64,000 nt of DNA from Macrostomum hystrix (taxonomy: Eukaryota > Animalia > Platyhelminthes): positions 1,054,001-1,118,000 of the forward strand of contig CATNEN010000005.1 in NCBI GenBank assembly GCA_950097015.1, read 5' to 3'. A program made the position numbers and the translations under genes. The notes under the pieces were generated by a model. That model saw only the letters and a list, made by a program, of their open reading frames with translations. It did no database searches and had not been told where the DNA came from. Of the stretch, positions 1 to 9,795 are shown in pieces (position 1 is the first letter of the stretch; every line of letters starts with the position of its first letter).

Positions 1-299
1 AAATGCCCCAGGGCAAGCCGCCGAATGAGTTCGCCTTCAATGGCGAATATCGCGATCGCGACTTCGCCCTGGGCGTCATTAACGAGACGCATCGCCAGTG
101 GAAGGCTCTGATGCTTGGCGCCGATGCATCTGACTCGCACGGCATCGCCAGACAGAATGTCTCAGTCATTGGCAGCTCGTCCGGCATCGATCAGGCCGCC
201 GCTGACGCCATTCTGTCATCGGCTGCCGCCGCGCCGGCCGACGGAAACCATGCCGATTCGCGCATTCCCGACGGCGTCGGAAAATGGCACTTCGTCTAG
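1..299 (+). CDS. PPA1/PPA2: Soluble inorganic pyrophosphatase (family I), final coding exon, 5'-partial
   Basis: Translation (K)MPQGKPPNEFAFNGEYRDRDFALGVINETHRQWKAL...KWHFV* matches the recalled C-terminus of eukaryotic PPA1/PPA2 (IPDGKPENQFAFNGEF...THxxWKAL...WHF). The ATG at 3 is internal; the gene continues upstream of the window. Confidence 0.85.
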   Translation, partial: MPQGKPPNEFAFNGEYRDRDFALGVINETHRQWKALMLGADASDSHGIARQNVSVIGSSSGIDQAAADAILSSAAAAPADGNHADSRIPDGVGKWHFV

Positions 300-479
300 A
301 AATATATCTGGATGACTGACCAACTGACTGGCTCTAGTTTTATAAAGATATTAATCATATTTAAACTGACCATTTCTGACACTGTTTGTGCAACTCGACA
401 CAGGTAGACTAGCATATTATTGCGCCATTGAATGATTTTTACTTTTTTAGCAAACTAGACAGCTCTAGATTCACCTTAA

Positions 480-578
480 AATGTCCTTTAGTTGGCTGGT
501 ACATCCTTCAGCCAATGTCCTTCAGTTTTGTTTAAAAGGACATTGTCTGAAGGATGTACCAGCCAACTGAAGGACATT
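480..578. other. Near-perfect 43-bp inverted repeat (long hairpin) downstream of the PPA stop
   Basis: 480-522 pairs with 536-578 with one mismatch and one G-T pair; the core AGTTGGCTGGTACATCCTTCAG (490-511) is the exact reverse complement of 547-568; loop about 13 nt. Confidence 0.8.
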
Positions 579-1127
579 GGCTGAAGGATGTTAAAAGGAA
601 TTGAATGGACAATCAATGGACATTTATGAAACCAATACTAGCTAATTAAACAAAACATTGGGCTGCTTAGCTAATTTGATTAAAAGAGCATTGCTAAAAG
701 TGCGTAACAACGAATAATGTCCCGGTTTTGATTATTTTTATTCACCGTTAGTCGAAGTTTTCAATTCTGTGCGTTTAACAACTGTTGAAGAATAACTGAA
801 GTCTATTTTCTCACCAATCGTAATTACATATTTCTGTTTTTTAGTTGCTTGATAATAATTAATAATAATACAATACATTCTATTTGTCATATCCCGCTCA
901 TTCATTCTATTCTTTGTACTCGTACGTATAAGTTTATTTATTACTACTTCATAAATAGGCAGTTTAATCACGAGTTTTTATACTTAACTACAGTTTTGAG
1001 TAACGATAATGGTCATCAAAAATATATCATTTAGCTGTTTGCATTAATGGGCAATCTACTATTTACTAAATGATTTGCCTACTGGAAGCGTTTGCTTTTA
1101 TTTATATTGCTTTTTTCAACTTACAGA

Positions 1128-2470
1128 TCTGACACCCACTTATCTGTCTGACACCCACTTATCTGTCTGACACCCACTTATCTGTCTGACACCCACTTAT
1201 CTGTCTGACACCCACTTATCTGTCTGATACCCACTTATCTGTCTGACACCCACTTCTCTGTCTGACACCCACTTCTCTGTCTGACACCCACTTATCTGTC
1301 TGATACCCACTTATCTGTCTGACACCCACTTATCTGTCTGACACCCACTTATCTGTCTGACACCCACTTATCCGTCTGACACCCACTTATCTGTCTGACA
1401 CCCACTTATCTGTCTGGCACCCACTTATCTGTCTGATAACCACTTCTCTGTCTGACACCCACTTATCTGTCTGACACCTACTTCTCTGTCTGGCACCCAC
1501 TTTTCTGTCTGATACCCACTTATCTGTCTGACACCCACTTTTCTGTCTGACACCCACTTATCTGACTGACACCCACTTCTCTGTCTGACACCCACTTATC
1601 TGTCTGACACCCACTTATCTGTCTGACACCTACTTCTCTGTCTGGCACCCACTTTTCTGTCTGATACCCACTTATCTGTCTGACACCCACTTATCTGTCT
1701 GACACCCACTTATCTGACTGACACCCACTTATCTGTCTGACACCTACTTCTCTGTCTGGCACCCACTTTTCTGTCTGATAACCACTTTTCTGTCTGACAC
1801 CCACTTATCTGTCTGACACCTACTTCTCTGTCTGGCACCCACTTTTCTGTCTGATACCCACTTATCTGTCTGACACCCACTTATCTGTCTGACACCCACT
1901 TATCTGACTGACACCCACTTATCTGTCTGACACCTACTTCTCTGTCTGGCACCCACTTTTCTGTCTGATACCCACTTATCTGTCTGACACCCACTTATCT
2001 GTCTGGCACCCACTTATCTGTCTGACACCCACTTATCTGACTGACACCCACTTATCTGTCTGACACCCACTTATCTGTCTGACACCCACTTATCTGTCTG
2101 ACACCCACTTATCTGTCTGACACCCACTTATCTGTCTGGCACCCACTTATCTGTCTGACACCCACTTATCTGACTGACACCCACTTATCTGTCTGACACC
2201 CACTTCTCTGTCTGACACCCACTTATCTGTCTGATACCCACTTATCTGTCTGACACCCACTTATCTGTCTGACACCCACTTATCCGTCTGACACCCACTT
2301 ATCTGTCTGACACCCACTTATCTGTCTGGCACCCACTTATCTGTCTGATAACCACTCTGTCCGACACCCACTTATCTGTCCATGACGCCCACTGTCTGAC
2401 ACCCACTTCTCCGTCTGACACCCACTCTGTCTGACACCCACTTCTCTGACTGACACCCACTTCTGTCTGA
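1128..2470. repeat. 19-bp minisatellite (CTGACACCCACTTATCTGT)n, about 70 copies
   Basis: Directly visible 19-bp period with point variants; degenerates after about 2350. Confidence 0.95.
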
Positions 2471-2887
2471 CGCATCAATCTTAAAAGGCATGCCAAATTT
2501 ATTTTACCATCGCAATGTAGTATTAATTTTTTTAATCTTAAACAGCTGTTAGCAAAAAATGAACTTTTTAAATAAGACGTATACAGCTTGATTAAGATAA
2601 ATAATATTTATTACAAGGCATTGTCCTCTGATTGAATTAAAGCTTTAAAGCGAAAGTCCGAGATGTGCAGTCGTAATGTACACTACTCCTTTTTTCCGTT
2701 CGACTTCTGATTGGCTAGCATGAGTGAGCCACTTTAAGTGGGGAGGGTTATTTGCTCAGCCAATAAAATTAGCTTTGGAAATTTGTCATGATCGGCGCAA
2801 ATATAAAAAAGCTTACAGATAGAAATTTATCTAAGGTTCAATCAAAATCAACGGACAGTGAAAACAGAAAATACTCAATACCAGGCC

Positions 2888-5800
2888 ATGGCTTCGACCG
2901 AAACAGGCACACATCAGCAGCAGCAGCAGGCATCTTCGCAGACTGTGGCCACAGACACTAATCGGGCGGTTCTCATCGCTATCGACCGCAGTCGGCACAG
3001 CGAGCGAGCCCTTCGCTGGTACTTTAACAAACTGCGCTCCAGCGAAGATCGCCTGGTATTCGTCAATGTCACTGAACCGCCTGACATGGCGATGGGATTT
3101 GGAATGGCTGGTGAGTTTGTTTAATTAGACCAGTATTCCAAGAATCCCCAGTCTAACAATTATTCCAGGAATCCCCAGTCTGACAAGTATTCCAGGAATC
3201 CCCAGTCTGACAATTATTCCAGGAATCCCCAGTTGTAGTGCACTGCGTTGCCCTGTCCCTCCCACGCGGGCATAGTCAACGTGCACTGCTCTTGGCACGT
3301 ACTGTATGTATGCACGCACTGTTGCGTAATGCGCTCATGGCTGGACTGCACGTCGGCCTGCCTGCACTGGACGGCACTATATAACAACTCAAATATACGG
3401 CCCAAGAGGCCACATTCCTTTCTCACTCAACTGCACTACAATGGCATCGCAAGTCAGTATTCAAACCCCACCCGCACTGGACCTGCGCACGGACCCTAGC
3501 ACAGCCCAGACAAAATGGAAGAAATGGCTCGCCCAGTTCCAGCTGTTCGCGGTCGCCGCAGGCATCGACGACAAGAAGCGGCTGCGCCAGCTGCTACTGT
3601 ACACCGCCGGCGAGGACCTGCAGGCGATCGCGGCCGGCCTCACCAACGAGGCGGCGGGCAAGGACATCGATACACTCGTTGTCGCGCTCAATCAGCACTT
3701 CGACGGCAAGCGGAATCTGCCGTTCACCCGCTACCAGTTCAGGCTCTGCACTCAGCGCCCCGGTGAGCCCATAGACGACTGGCTCCAGCGCCTCAAGGAC
3801 GCCGCCGACTGCTGCGCCTTCGGTGACCTGCGAGAGTCTCTGATCCGTGATCAGGTGATTGCCTGCTGCAGCTCCGACCAGCTCCGTCGAAAGCTGCTAG
3901 CCATCGACAACGTGGACCTGGAGCAGGCGGTGCGGGCGGCCCGGGCCATGGAAGCGGCGGAGGCCCAAGCGAGCGTCATGGAGGCCAACGATGCGTCTGT
4001 GCAGCGGCTCCGACGTCAGGAGGCCGGTGCAGCAGCCCCTGCAGCGCGGCGGCCGACAGGGCAGCCGCAAGACAAGCAGCCGAACGGCAGGCAGACCAGG
4101 TGCATCAGGTGCGGAGCCCCCGGCCACCGCACGTGCAGCGCAGCCGAAGGCAAGACGTGCAACCGCTGCGGCAAGCGAAATCACCTGGCGAGGGCCTGCC
4201 TGTCCCGGCCGAAGGAAGACGTCCACGCCCTGCAGGCTGACAGCGACAGTTCAGCGGCGGAGGACGGCGTGTTCTGCCTGACCGTGGCAGCCACAGGAAC
4301 CGCGGCAGCCGGAGCCCAGACGTCGGTGTTCGTCGGTTCAACGCAGCTGCCCGTGCTGGTGGACAGCGGCGCTGACTGCAACATCATCACCGAGCAGGCC
4401 TGGCGGACACTGCCGGGACCCCCGCAGCTGCAGGCAACTCGCACGAAGATCTTCGCCTTCCGCTCGCCGAAGCCGCTCAGCACTCTGGGAGCCTGCAGCC
4501 TTCGGGTGTCAACGGGGCAGAACAGCAGGACGGTTCGCTTCATCGTCGTCCCCGGCGGCGGCACCAACATCCTGGGACGTGAGGCCTCGACTGCGCTCCG
4601 GCTCCTGAGCCTGGGGCCTCAGGTCCACGCGATCGAGGCAACCGAGACGGAGGACCCCGCTATCCAGGCGGTCGTCAGGCAATTTCCCGAGCTCTTCAGA
4701 GGCCTCGGCAAGGTCAAGGACGTCTCTGTGCAGATCAACATCAAATCCGACGCCAGACCAATCTGCCACCCGCCCTCCCGCGTTCCGGTGCACCTCCGGG
4801 AGGCGCTGGACCGCGAGCTAGACGAGCAGGAGCAGCTGGGCATCATCCAGCCAGTCGAGGGCCCCACGCCGTGGGTCAGCCGCATCGTCGTGGTGCCGAA
4901 GGAGGACGGCAAGAGCGTGCGGATCACGCAGGATCTGCGCGACGTGAACAAGGCGGCGCTGAGGGAGCGACACCAGATCCCGACATTCGAGGAGGCGACA
5001 AGCGACATGGCTGGCTCATCGATCTTCAGCAAGCTCGACATCTTCAAAGCATTCCACCAGATTGAAATCAGCGAGGACAGCCGGAAGTACTTCGTGTTCT
5101 CAACGCCCCGAGGAATGCGGCAGTTGACTCGCCTGAGTATGGGATTCGCCTCTGCGTCAGAGATCCTACAGCGCGTGATGCAGCGAGTGCTGGAGGGCCT
5201 GACGGGTGTTAAGTGGATCCACGACGACATCATTGTCCACAGCCGAGACCTGAAGGCTCACAAGACTCACGTGGCTGCCTGCCTGACCAGACTGCGAGAG
5301 CACGGCATCACCCTCAACGGCAGCAAGTGCCGCTGGGGGATCGGCAAGGCCAAGTTCATGGCGATGACGCTGTCCAAGTTTGGGATCCAGCCATCACAAG
5401 AGAAGATCGCCGAGCTGCAAGCCTTCAAAGACCCACAGTCCGTCAAGGAGGTCCGGTCGTTTCTCGGCCTGGCCAATCACCTGGAAAAGTTCATGCCCCA
5501 GCTAGCGGACATGGCGGAGCCGCTCAGGCGGCTGACACGGAAGGGCCAGGAGTTTGTCTGGGACAGCGAGCAGCAGCAGACCCGGCCGGTGGCCTACGCG
5601 AGCCGCACCCTCAGCGAGGTCGAGCGGCGCTACAGCCAGATCGAGCGCGAGGCCCTGGGCGTCAAGTTCGGCTGCCTAAAGTTCGCGTTCTACCTGGAGG
5701 GCTGTCCTCATTTCGACGTCTACACCGACCACAAGCCGCTGCTGGGCATCTACAGGCCAGACTCCCGGCCACCGCCGCGACTCGAGCGCATCATGCTACA

Positions 5801-8800
5801 GACGCAGCACTTCTCGTTCACGCTACACTACCGCAAGGGCGAGGACAATCCGGCCGATCCCCTGAGCCGCAACCCGCTGCCGGAGACGTCGCCGGGCATG
5901 GACGTGGCCGCGGAGACCAGGCTGCTCAACGCCGTGGTCCAGGCCGCGACACCGAAGGGCCTGACGATGGACAGGATTCGCGCTGCAACCGAGAGGGACC
6001 CCGCCCTGACGGTCGTCATGCAAGCCCTAGCGACGGGCCACTGGCGCTGCGGCGCCGCGGCCCCGGCGCACAGCTTCCGGTCCCTGAAGGATGAGCTCAG
6101 CGTCCACGACGGCGTGGTGCTCCGGGGCAGCAAGATCGTGATCCCGGCGGAGCTGCAGCAGCTGACCATCGCACTGGCACACCAGGGTCACCTCGGCCAG
6201 AAGAAAACGTGCGACCGGCTGCAGCGGAAGGTCTGGTGGCCCGGCATGACACAGCAGGTCGAGGTCGTTGTCTCCCGCTGCCGCCCGTGCCAGGCGGCTC
6301 GACCGGACGGCGCCGTCAAGCAGCCGCCGATGCAACCGACACCGCTGCCCCCGGGGCCGTGGCAATCGCTGAGCGTGGACGTCTGCGGACCGTTCCCGAC
6401 GGGCGAGAACGTGGTGGTCCTGGTGGACTACTTCAGCCGGTACCCGGACACTTACGTGGTGCGCAGCCTCACGAGCGCCAGCATCATCACCTGCGCCATG
6501 GCCTCGTTCAGTCGCTTCGGCGTGCCACAGCAGATCACCACGGACAACGCGACCTACTTCACGAGCGAGGAGTTTAAGGAGTTCCTCGACGGCCTCGGAG
6601 TCCAGCACCGCAGGGTCACCCCACTCTACCCGGCAGCGAACGGCGAGGTCGAGCGATTCAACCGCAGCCTCAACAAGTGTGTCAACGCCGCGGCAGCGGA
6701 GGGCAAGGACTGGCGCCGGGCCATCCATGAGTGGCTGCTCGGCTACCGCAACTCAGTGCACCGCGGCACGGGCCGGTCGCCCAACGATCTCATGTTTAAC
6801 AGGGCCGTAGGCGACCTCCTGCCGGCCGGCCCCGCGGAGCAGCTGGACGACGCCGGTCGGCAGCTGCAGCGTCATGACCGCAGCTACAAGCAGGCGATGC
6901 GCCGCGCGACTGACAAGCGACGAGCGGCAGCACCACACGGCATCGCGGCGGGCGCCCGCGTGCTGCTTAGGAACCGCGGCAAGGCCAAACTGCGGTGCCC
7001 GTTCGACCCGCGCCCCTGGCTCGTCAAAGCGGTCCACGGCGAGCCAGACGAACCGCGGGACGGCCGGCCCGCTCATCCGCAGCCCGCCACAGACGGCGGC
7101 GCCACGGACGGTGCCATAGCGCAGAGGCCCCACCCCAGGCAGGCTAAGAGGCACATCTGCTATAAGGAGTGACTGTAGTGACAGGGCCTGAGAGGCATCT
7201 TTCCATGCGAACTATTTGCGTTTTTTTTGCGTTCTGATTTTTCAAGACCCACTCAATGCGCCGCGCGTTTGACCTTTTTACTCTGAGGGGGAGAGATGTA
7301 GTGCACTGCGTTGCCCTGTCCCTCCCACGCGGGCATAGTCAACGTGCACTGCTCTTGGCACGTACTGTATGTATGCACGCACTGTTGCGTAATGCGCTCA
7401 TGGCTGGACTGCACGTCGGCCTGCCTGCACTGGACGGCACTATATAACAACTCAAATATACGGCCCAAGAGGCCACATTCCTTTCTCACTCAACTGCACT
7501 ACACCAGTCTAACAATTATTCCAGGAATCCCCAGTCTAACAATTATTCCAGGAATCCCCAGTCTAAAAATTATTCCAGGAATCCCCAGTCTGACAAGTAT
7601 TCCAGGAATCCCCAGTCTGACAATTATTTCAAGAATCCCCAGTCTGACAAGTATTCCAAGAATCCCCAGTCAGACAATTATTCCAGGAATCCCCAGTCTG
7701 ACAAGTATTCCAGGAATCCCCAATCTGACAATTATTCCAGGAATCCCCAGTCTGACAATTATTCCAGGAATCCCCAGTCTGACAATTATTTCAAGAATCC
7801 CCAGTCTGACAATATTTCAAGAATCCCCAGTCTGACAAGTATTCCAAGAATCCCCAGTCAGACAATTATTCCAGGAATCCCCAGTCAGACAATTATTCCA
7901 GGAATCCCCAGTCTGACAATTATTCCAAGAATCCCCAGTCTGACAAGTATTCCAGGAATCTAGAAATCTGACAGCTATGTCAGGAATCTACAAATCTGAC
8001 AGCTATGTCAGGAATCCCCAAATCTGACAGCTATGTCAGGAATCTACAAATCTGACAGCTATGTCAGGAATCTACAAATCTGACAGCTATGTCAGGAATC
8101 CCCAAATCTGACAGCTATGTCAGGAATCTACAAATCTGACAGCTATGTCAGGAATCCCCAAATCTGACAGCTATGTCAGGAATCTACAAATCTGACAGCT
8201 ATGTCAGGAATCTACAAATCTGACAGCTATGTGAGGAATCTACAAATCTGACAGCTATGTCAGGAATCTACAAATCTGACAGCTATGTCAGGAATCTACA
8301 AATCTGACAGCTATGTGAGGAATCTACAAATCTGACAGCTATGTCAGGAATCTACAAATCTGACAGCTATGTGAGGAATCTACAAATCTGACAGCTATGT
8401 CAGGAATCTACAAATCTGACAGCTATGTTAGGCATCTACAAATCTGACAGCTATGTCAGGAATCTACAAATCTGACAGCTATGTCAGGAATCTACAAATC
8501 TGACAGCTATGTCAGGAATCCCCAAATCTGACAGCTATGTCAGGAATCTACAAATCTGACAGCTATGTCAGGAATCCCCAAATCTGACAGCTATGTCAGG
8601 ATCGAATCCCAATCAGTCAGTCGGCACAAGCATCCTCAATCCGATGTTATTTCAGGCGCGGCAGTGGCAGAAATCTACGCCAAAGCTATTGATGAGACAG
8701 TGGAAGCTGCCAAGCGTCTAGCCACCAGTGTGAAAGCCATCTGCCATTCTTTTGGCATCGAGAAGATCAGATTTATTGAACGCATCTCACACTCACCAGG

Positions 8801-9160
8801 CCAGGCTATTGTCGATGTTGCAGAAGAGGAACAGGTTAGCAAGTCGCAGAGTTATTTAATTTATTTAATTATGTACATCTAAATTTGAATTGATTGAAGA
8901 CAAATTAATATTTGCTACTCAAGGCTGATCTAATTGTACTCGGCAGTCGAGGCGTCGGCCTACTAAGGCGCACTTTCCTAGGCTCAGTCAGCGACTATGT
9001 GCTTCATCATTCGCGTCGCGCTGCTGTCCTAGTGGTCCCGGCTGCCGACGTGCATCATCATGATGAACCAGAGACTCGCGTGTCTTCAGTTGTCTCTGCG
9101 AAGAAAGCTGACTCGTTGCCGGGGTTGGAAAATGACTTCCATCACAAGATCAAGGAGTGA
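2888..9160 (+). CDS. Universal stress protein (USP-like), 3 exons: 2888-3110, 8656-8834, 8924-9160
   Basis: Exon 1 [20 protein letters not shown]...LVFVNV; exon 3 [29 protein letters not shown] carries the USP ATP-binding motif G-x2-G-x9-GS. Phases are consistent: G|GTGAGT at 3111 joins TTCAG|GC at 8656; CAG|GTTAGC at 8835 joins AAG|GCT at 8924. Confidence 0.9.
3130..3233. repeat. 27-bp minisatellite, left portion (interrupted by LTR element)
   Basis: Unit CCAGTCTGACAATTATTCCAGGAATCC; resumes in register at 7504. Confidence 0.9.
3234..3440 (+). repeat. 5' LTR (207 bp)
   Basis: TGTAGTGCAC...CTGCACTACA; contains TATATAA near 3378; matches 7297-7503 by eye. Confidence 0.95.
3441..3458 (+). promoter_or_regulatory. 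Putative primer-binding site overlapping the gag start codon
   Basis: TGG-initiated sequence (A-TGGCATCGCAAGTCAGT) one base after the 5' LTR, the canonical PBS position; cognate tRNA not identified. Confidence 0.55.
3441..7172 (+). CDS. Gag-Pol polyprotein, 1243 aa (Gag with 2 zinc knuckles, aspartic protease, RT, partial RNase H, integrase)
   Basis: [18 protein letters not shown] knuckle; [11 protein letters not shown] protease; [13 protein letters not shown]...WIHDDII; RNase [11 protein letters not shown]...EREAL...TDHKPL; integrase HQGH...CRPC zinc finger and D(VDVCGP)-D(TDNA)-E(NGEVER) triad. Confidence 0.95.
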   Translation: MASQVSIQTPPALDLRTDPSTAQTKWKKWLAQFQLFAVAAGIDDKKRLRQLLLYTAGEDLQAIAAGLTNEAAGKDIDTLVVALNQHFDGKRNLPFTRYQFRLCTQRPGEPIDDWLQRLKDAADCCAFGDLRESLIRDQVIACCSSDQLRRKLLAIDNVDLEQAVRAARAMEAAEAQASVMEANDASVQRLRRQEAGAAAPAARRPTGQPQDKQPNGRQTRCIRCGAPGHRTCSAAEGKTCNRCGKRNHLARACLSRPKEDVHALQADSDSSAAEDGVFCLTVAATGTAAAGAQTSVFVGSTQLPVLVDSGADCNIITEQAWRTLPGPPQLQATRTKIFAFRSPKPLSTLGACSLRVSTGQNSRTVRFIVVPGGGTNILGREASTALRLLSLGPQVHAIEATETEDPAIQAVVRQFPELFRGLGKVKDVSVQINIKSDARPICHPPSRVPVHLREALDRELDEQEQLGIIQPVEGPTPWVSRIVVVPKEDGKSVRITQDLRDVNKAALRERHQIPTFEEATSDMAGSSIFSKLDIFKAFHQIEISEDSRKYFVFSTPRGMRQLTRLSMGFASASEILQRVMQRVLEGLTGVKWIHDDIIVHSRDLKAHKTHVAACLTRLREHGITLNGSKCRWGIGKAKFMAMTLSKFGIQPSQEKIAELQAFKDPQSVKEVRSFLGLANHLEKFMPQLADMAEPLRRLTRKGQEFVWDSEQQQTRPVAYASRTLSEVERRYSQIEREALGVKFGCLKFAFYLEGCPHFDVYTDHKPLLGIYRPDSRPPPRLERIMLQTQHFSFTLHYRKGEDNPADPLSRNPLPETSPGMDVAAETRLLNAVVQAATPKGLTMDRIRAATERDPALTVVMQALATGHWRCGAAAPAHSFRSLKDELSVHDGVVLRGSKIVIPAELQQLTIALAHQGHLGQKKTCDRLQRKVWWPGMTQQVEVVVSRCRPCQAARPDGAVKQPPMQPTPLPPGPWQSLSVDVCGPFPTGENVVVLVDYFSRYPDTYVVRSLTSASIITCAMASFSRFGVPQQITTDNATYFTSEEFKEFLDGLGVQHRRVTPLYPAANGEVERFNRSLNKCVNAAAAEGKDWRRAIHEWLLGYRNSVHRGTGRSPNDLMFNRAVGDLLPAGPAEQLDDAGRQLQRHDRSYKQAMRRATDKRRAAAPHGIAAGARVLLRNRGKAKLRCPFDPRPWLVKAVHGEPDEPRDGRPAHPQPATDGGATDGAIAQRPHPRQAKRHICYKE
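7285..7296 (+). promoter_or_regulatory. Polypurine tract
   Basis: GAGGGGGAGAGA immediately before the TG of the 3' LTR. Confidence 0.9.
7297..7503 (+). repeat. 3' LTR (207 bp)
   Basis: Matches the 5' LTR; followed by TSD CCAGT. Confidence 0.95.
7504..7960. repeat. 27-bp minisatellite, right portion
   Basis: Same unit as 3130-3233, about 17 copies. Confidence 0.92.
7961..8600. repeat. 28-bp minisatellite (AGGAATCTACAAATCTGACAGCTATGTC)n, about 23 copies
   Basis: 28-bp period; shares the TCTGACA and CAGGAATC blocks with the adjoining 27-mer. Confidence 0.92.
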
Positions 9161-9527
9161 TATTGTGCAGTGTATCGAATTCGTGAACCATTTTCGATGA
9201 ATAGACTGAAACAGCTAGGATCTTTAATTTTTTGAGCTAATAAGTGCTAGATCTCACACTTCGAATAAAAAATCAATTTATTGTTTCGATTTTTATTTCG
9301 ATTTAAAATATAATTATAGACACCTGTTTAATGAAGAACTAGACTTTCATGTTCCTAAAGCTGTTACCTCTTTATTATTTAACTGTCGAACTACCAAGCC
9401 ATTTTGCCCCGGGCGTTTTTATACCATGGGAGGGGCCGGATTCCCCCCCCCCCGGAAAATTTCTCCGCCCCTGACATTTTTGGTAGCGCCTGAATGCTAA
9501 ACGCGTTGAGTGGTGACGGGTTGGTTG

Positions 9528-9795
9528 ACTGGCACTTGACGGCTGGCACTTGTCGGCTGGCAGTTTAACAACTGGCACTTGTCGGCTGGCACTTGTCGCC
9601 TGCACTTGTCGGCTGGCAATTGTCGCCTTGCACTTGTCGGCTGGCACTTGTCGCCTTGCACTTGTCGTCTGGCAGTTGTCCGGCTGACACCTGTCGGCTG
9701 GCACTTGTCGCCTGCACTTGTCGCCTGCACTTGTCGGCTGGCACTTGTCGCCTTGCACCTGTCGGCTGGCAGTTGTCCGGCTGGCACCTGTCGGC
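9528..9795. repeat. Degenerate 13-14-bp tandem repeat (CTGGCACTTGTCGG / CTGCACTTGTCGC)
   Basis: Visible short-period repeat; source of the overlapping ORF calls at 9375-9961. Confidence 0.85.

Larger units (their letters stand above)
3234..7503 (+). mobile_element. Ty3/gypsy LTR retrotransposon (Mag-like), 4270 bp, inside USP intron 1
   Basis: Two 207-bp LTRs that appear identical (3234-3440, 7297-7503) with TG...CA ends and a 9-bp terminal inverted repeat TGTAGTGCA/TGCACTACA; 5-bp TSD CCAGT at 3229-3233 and 7504-7508; PPT at 7285-7296; single gag-pol ORF in PR-RT-RH-INT order. Confidence 0.97.

Noticed and set aside
3461-7154. Many alternative-frame and antisense ORFs within the retrotransposon
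   Set aside because: Expected shadow ORFs of GC-rich coding DNA; no recognisable domains.
9400-9500. MITE around GGATTCCCCCCCCCCCGGAAAATTT
   Set aside because: A short internal inverted repeat exists, but no terminal inverted repeats or TSD could be defined.
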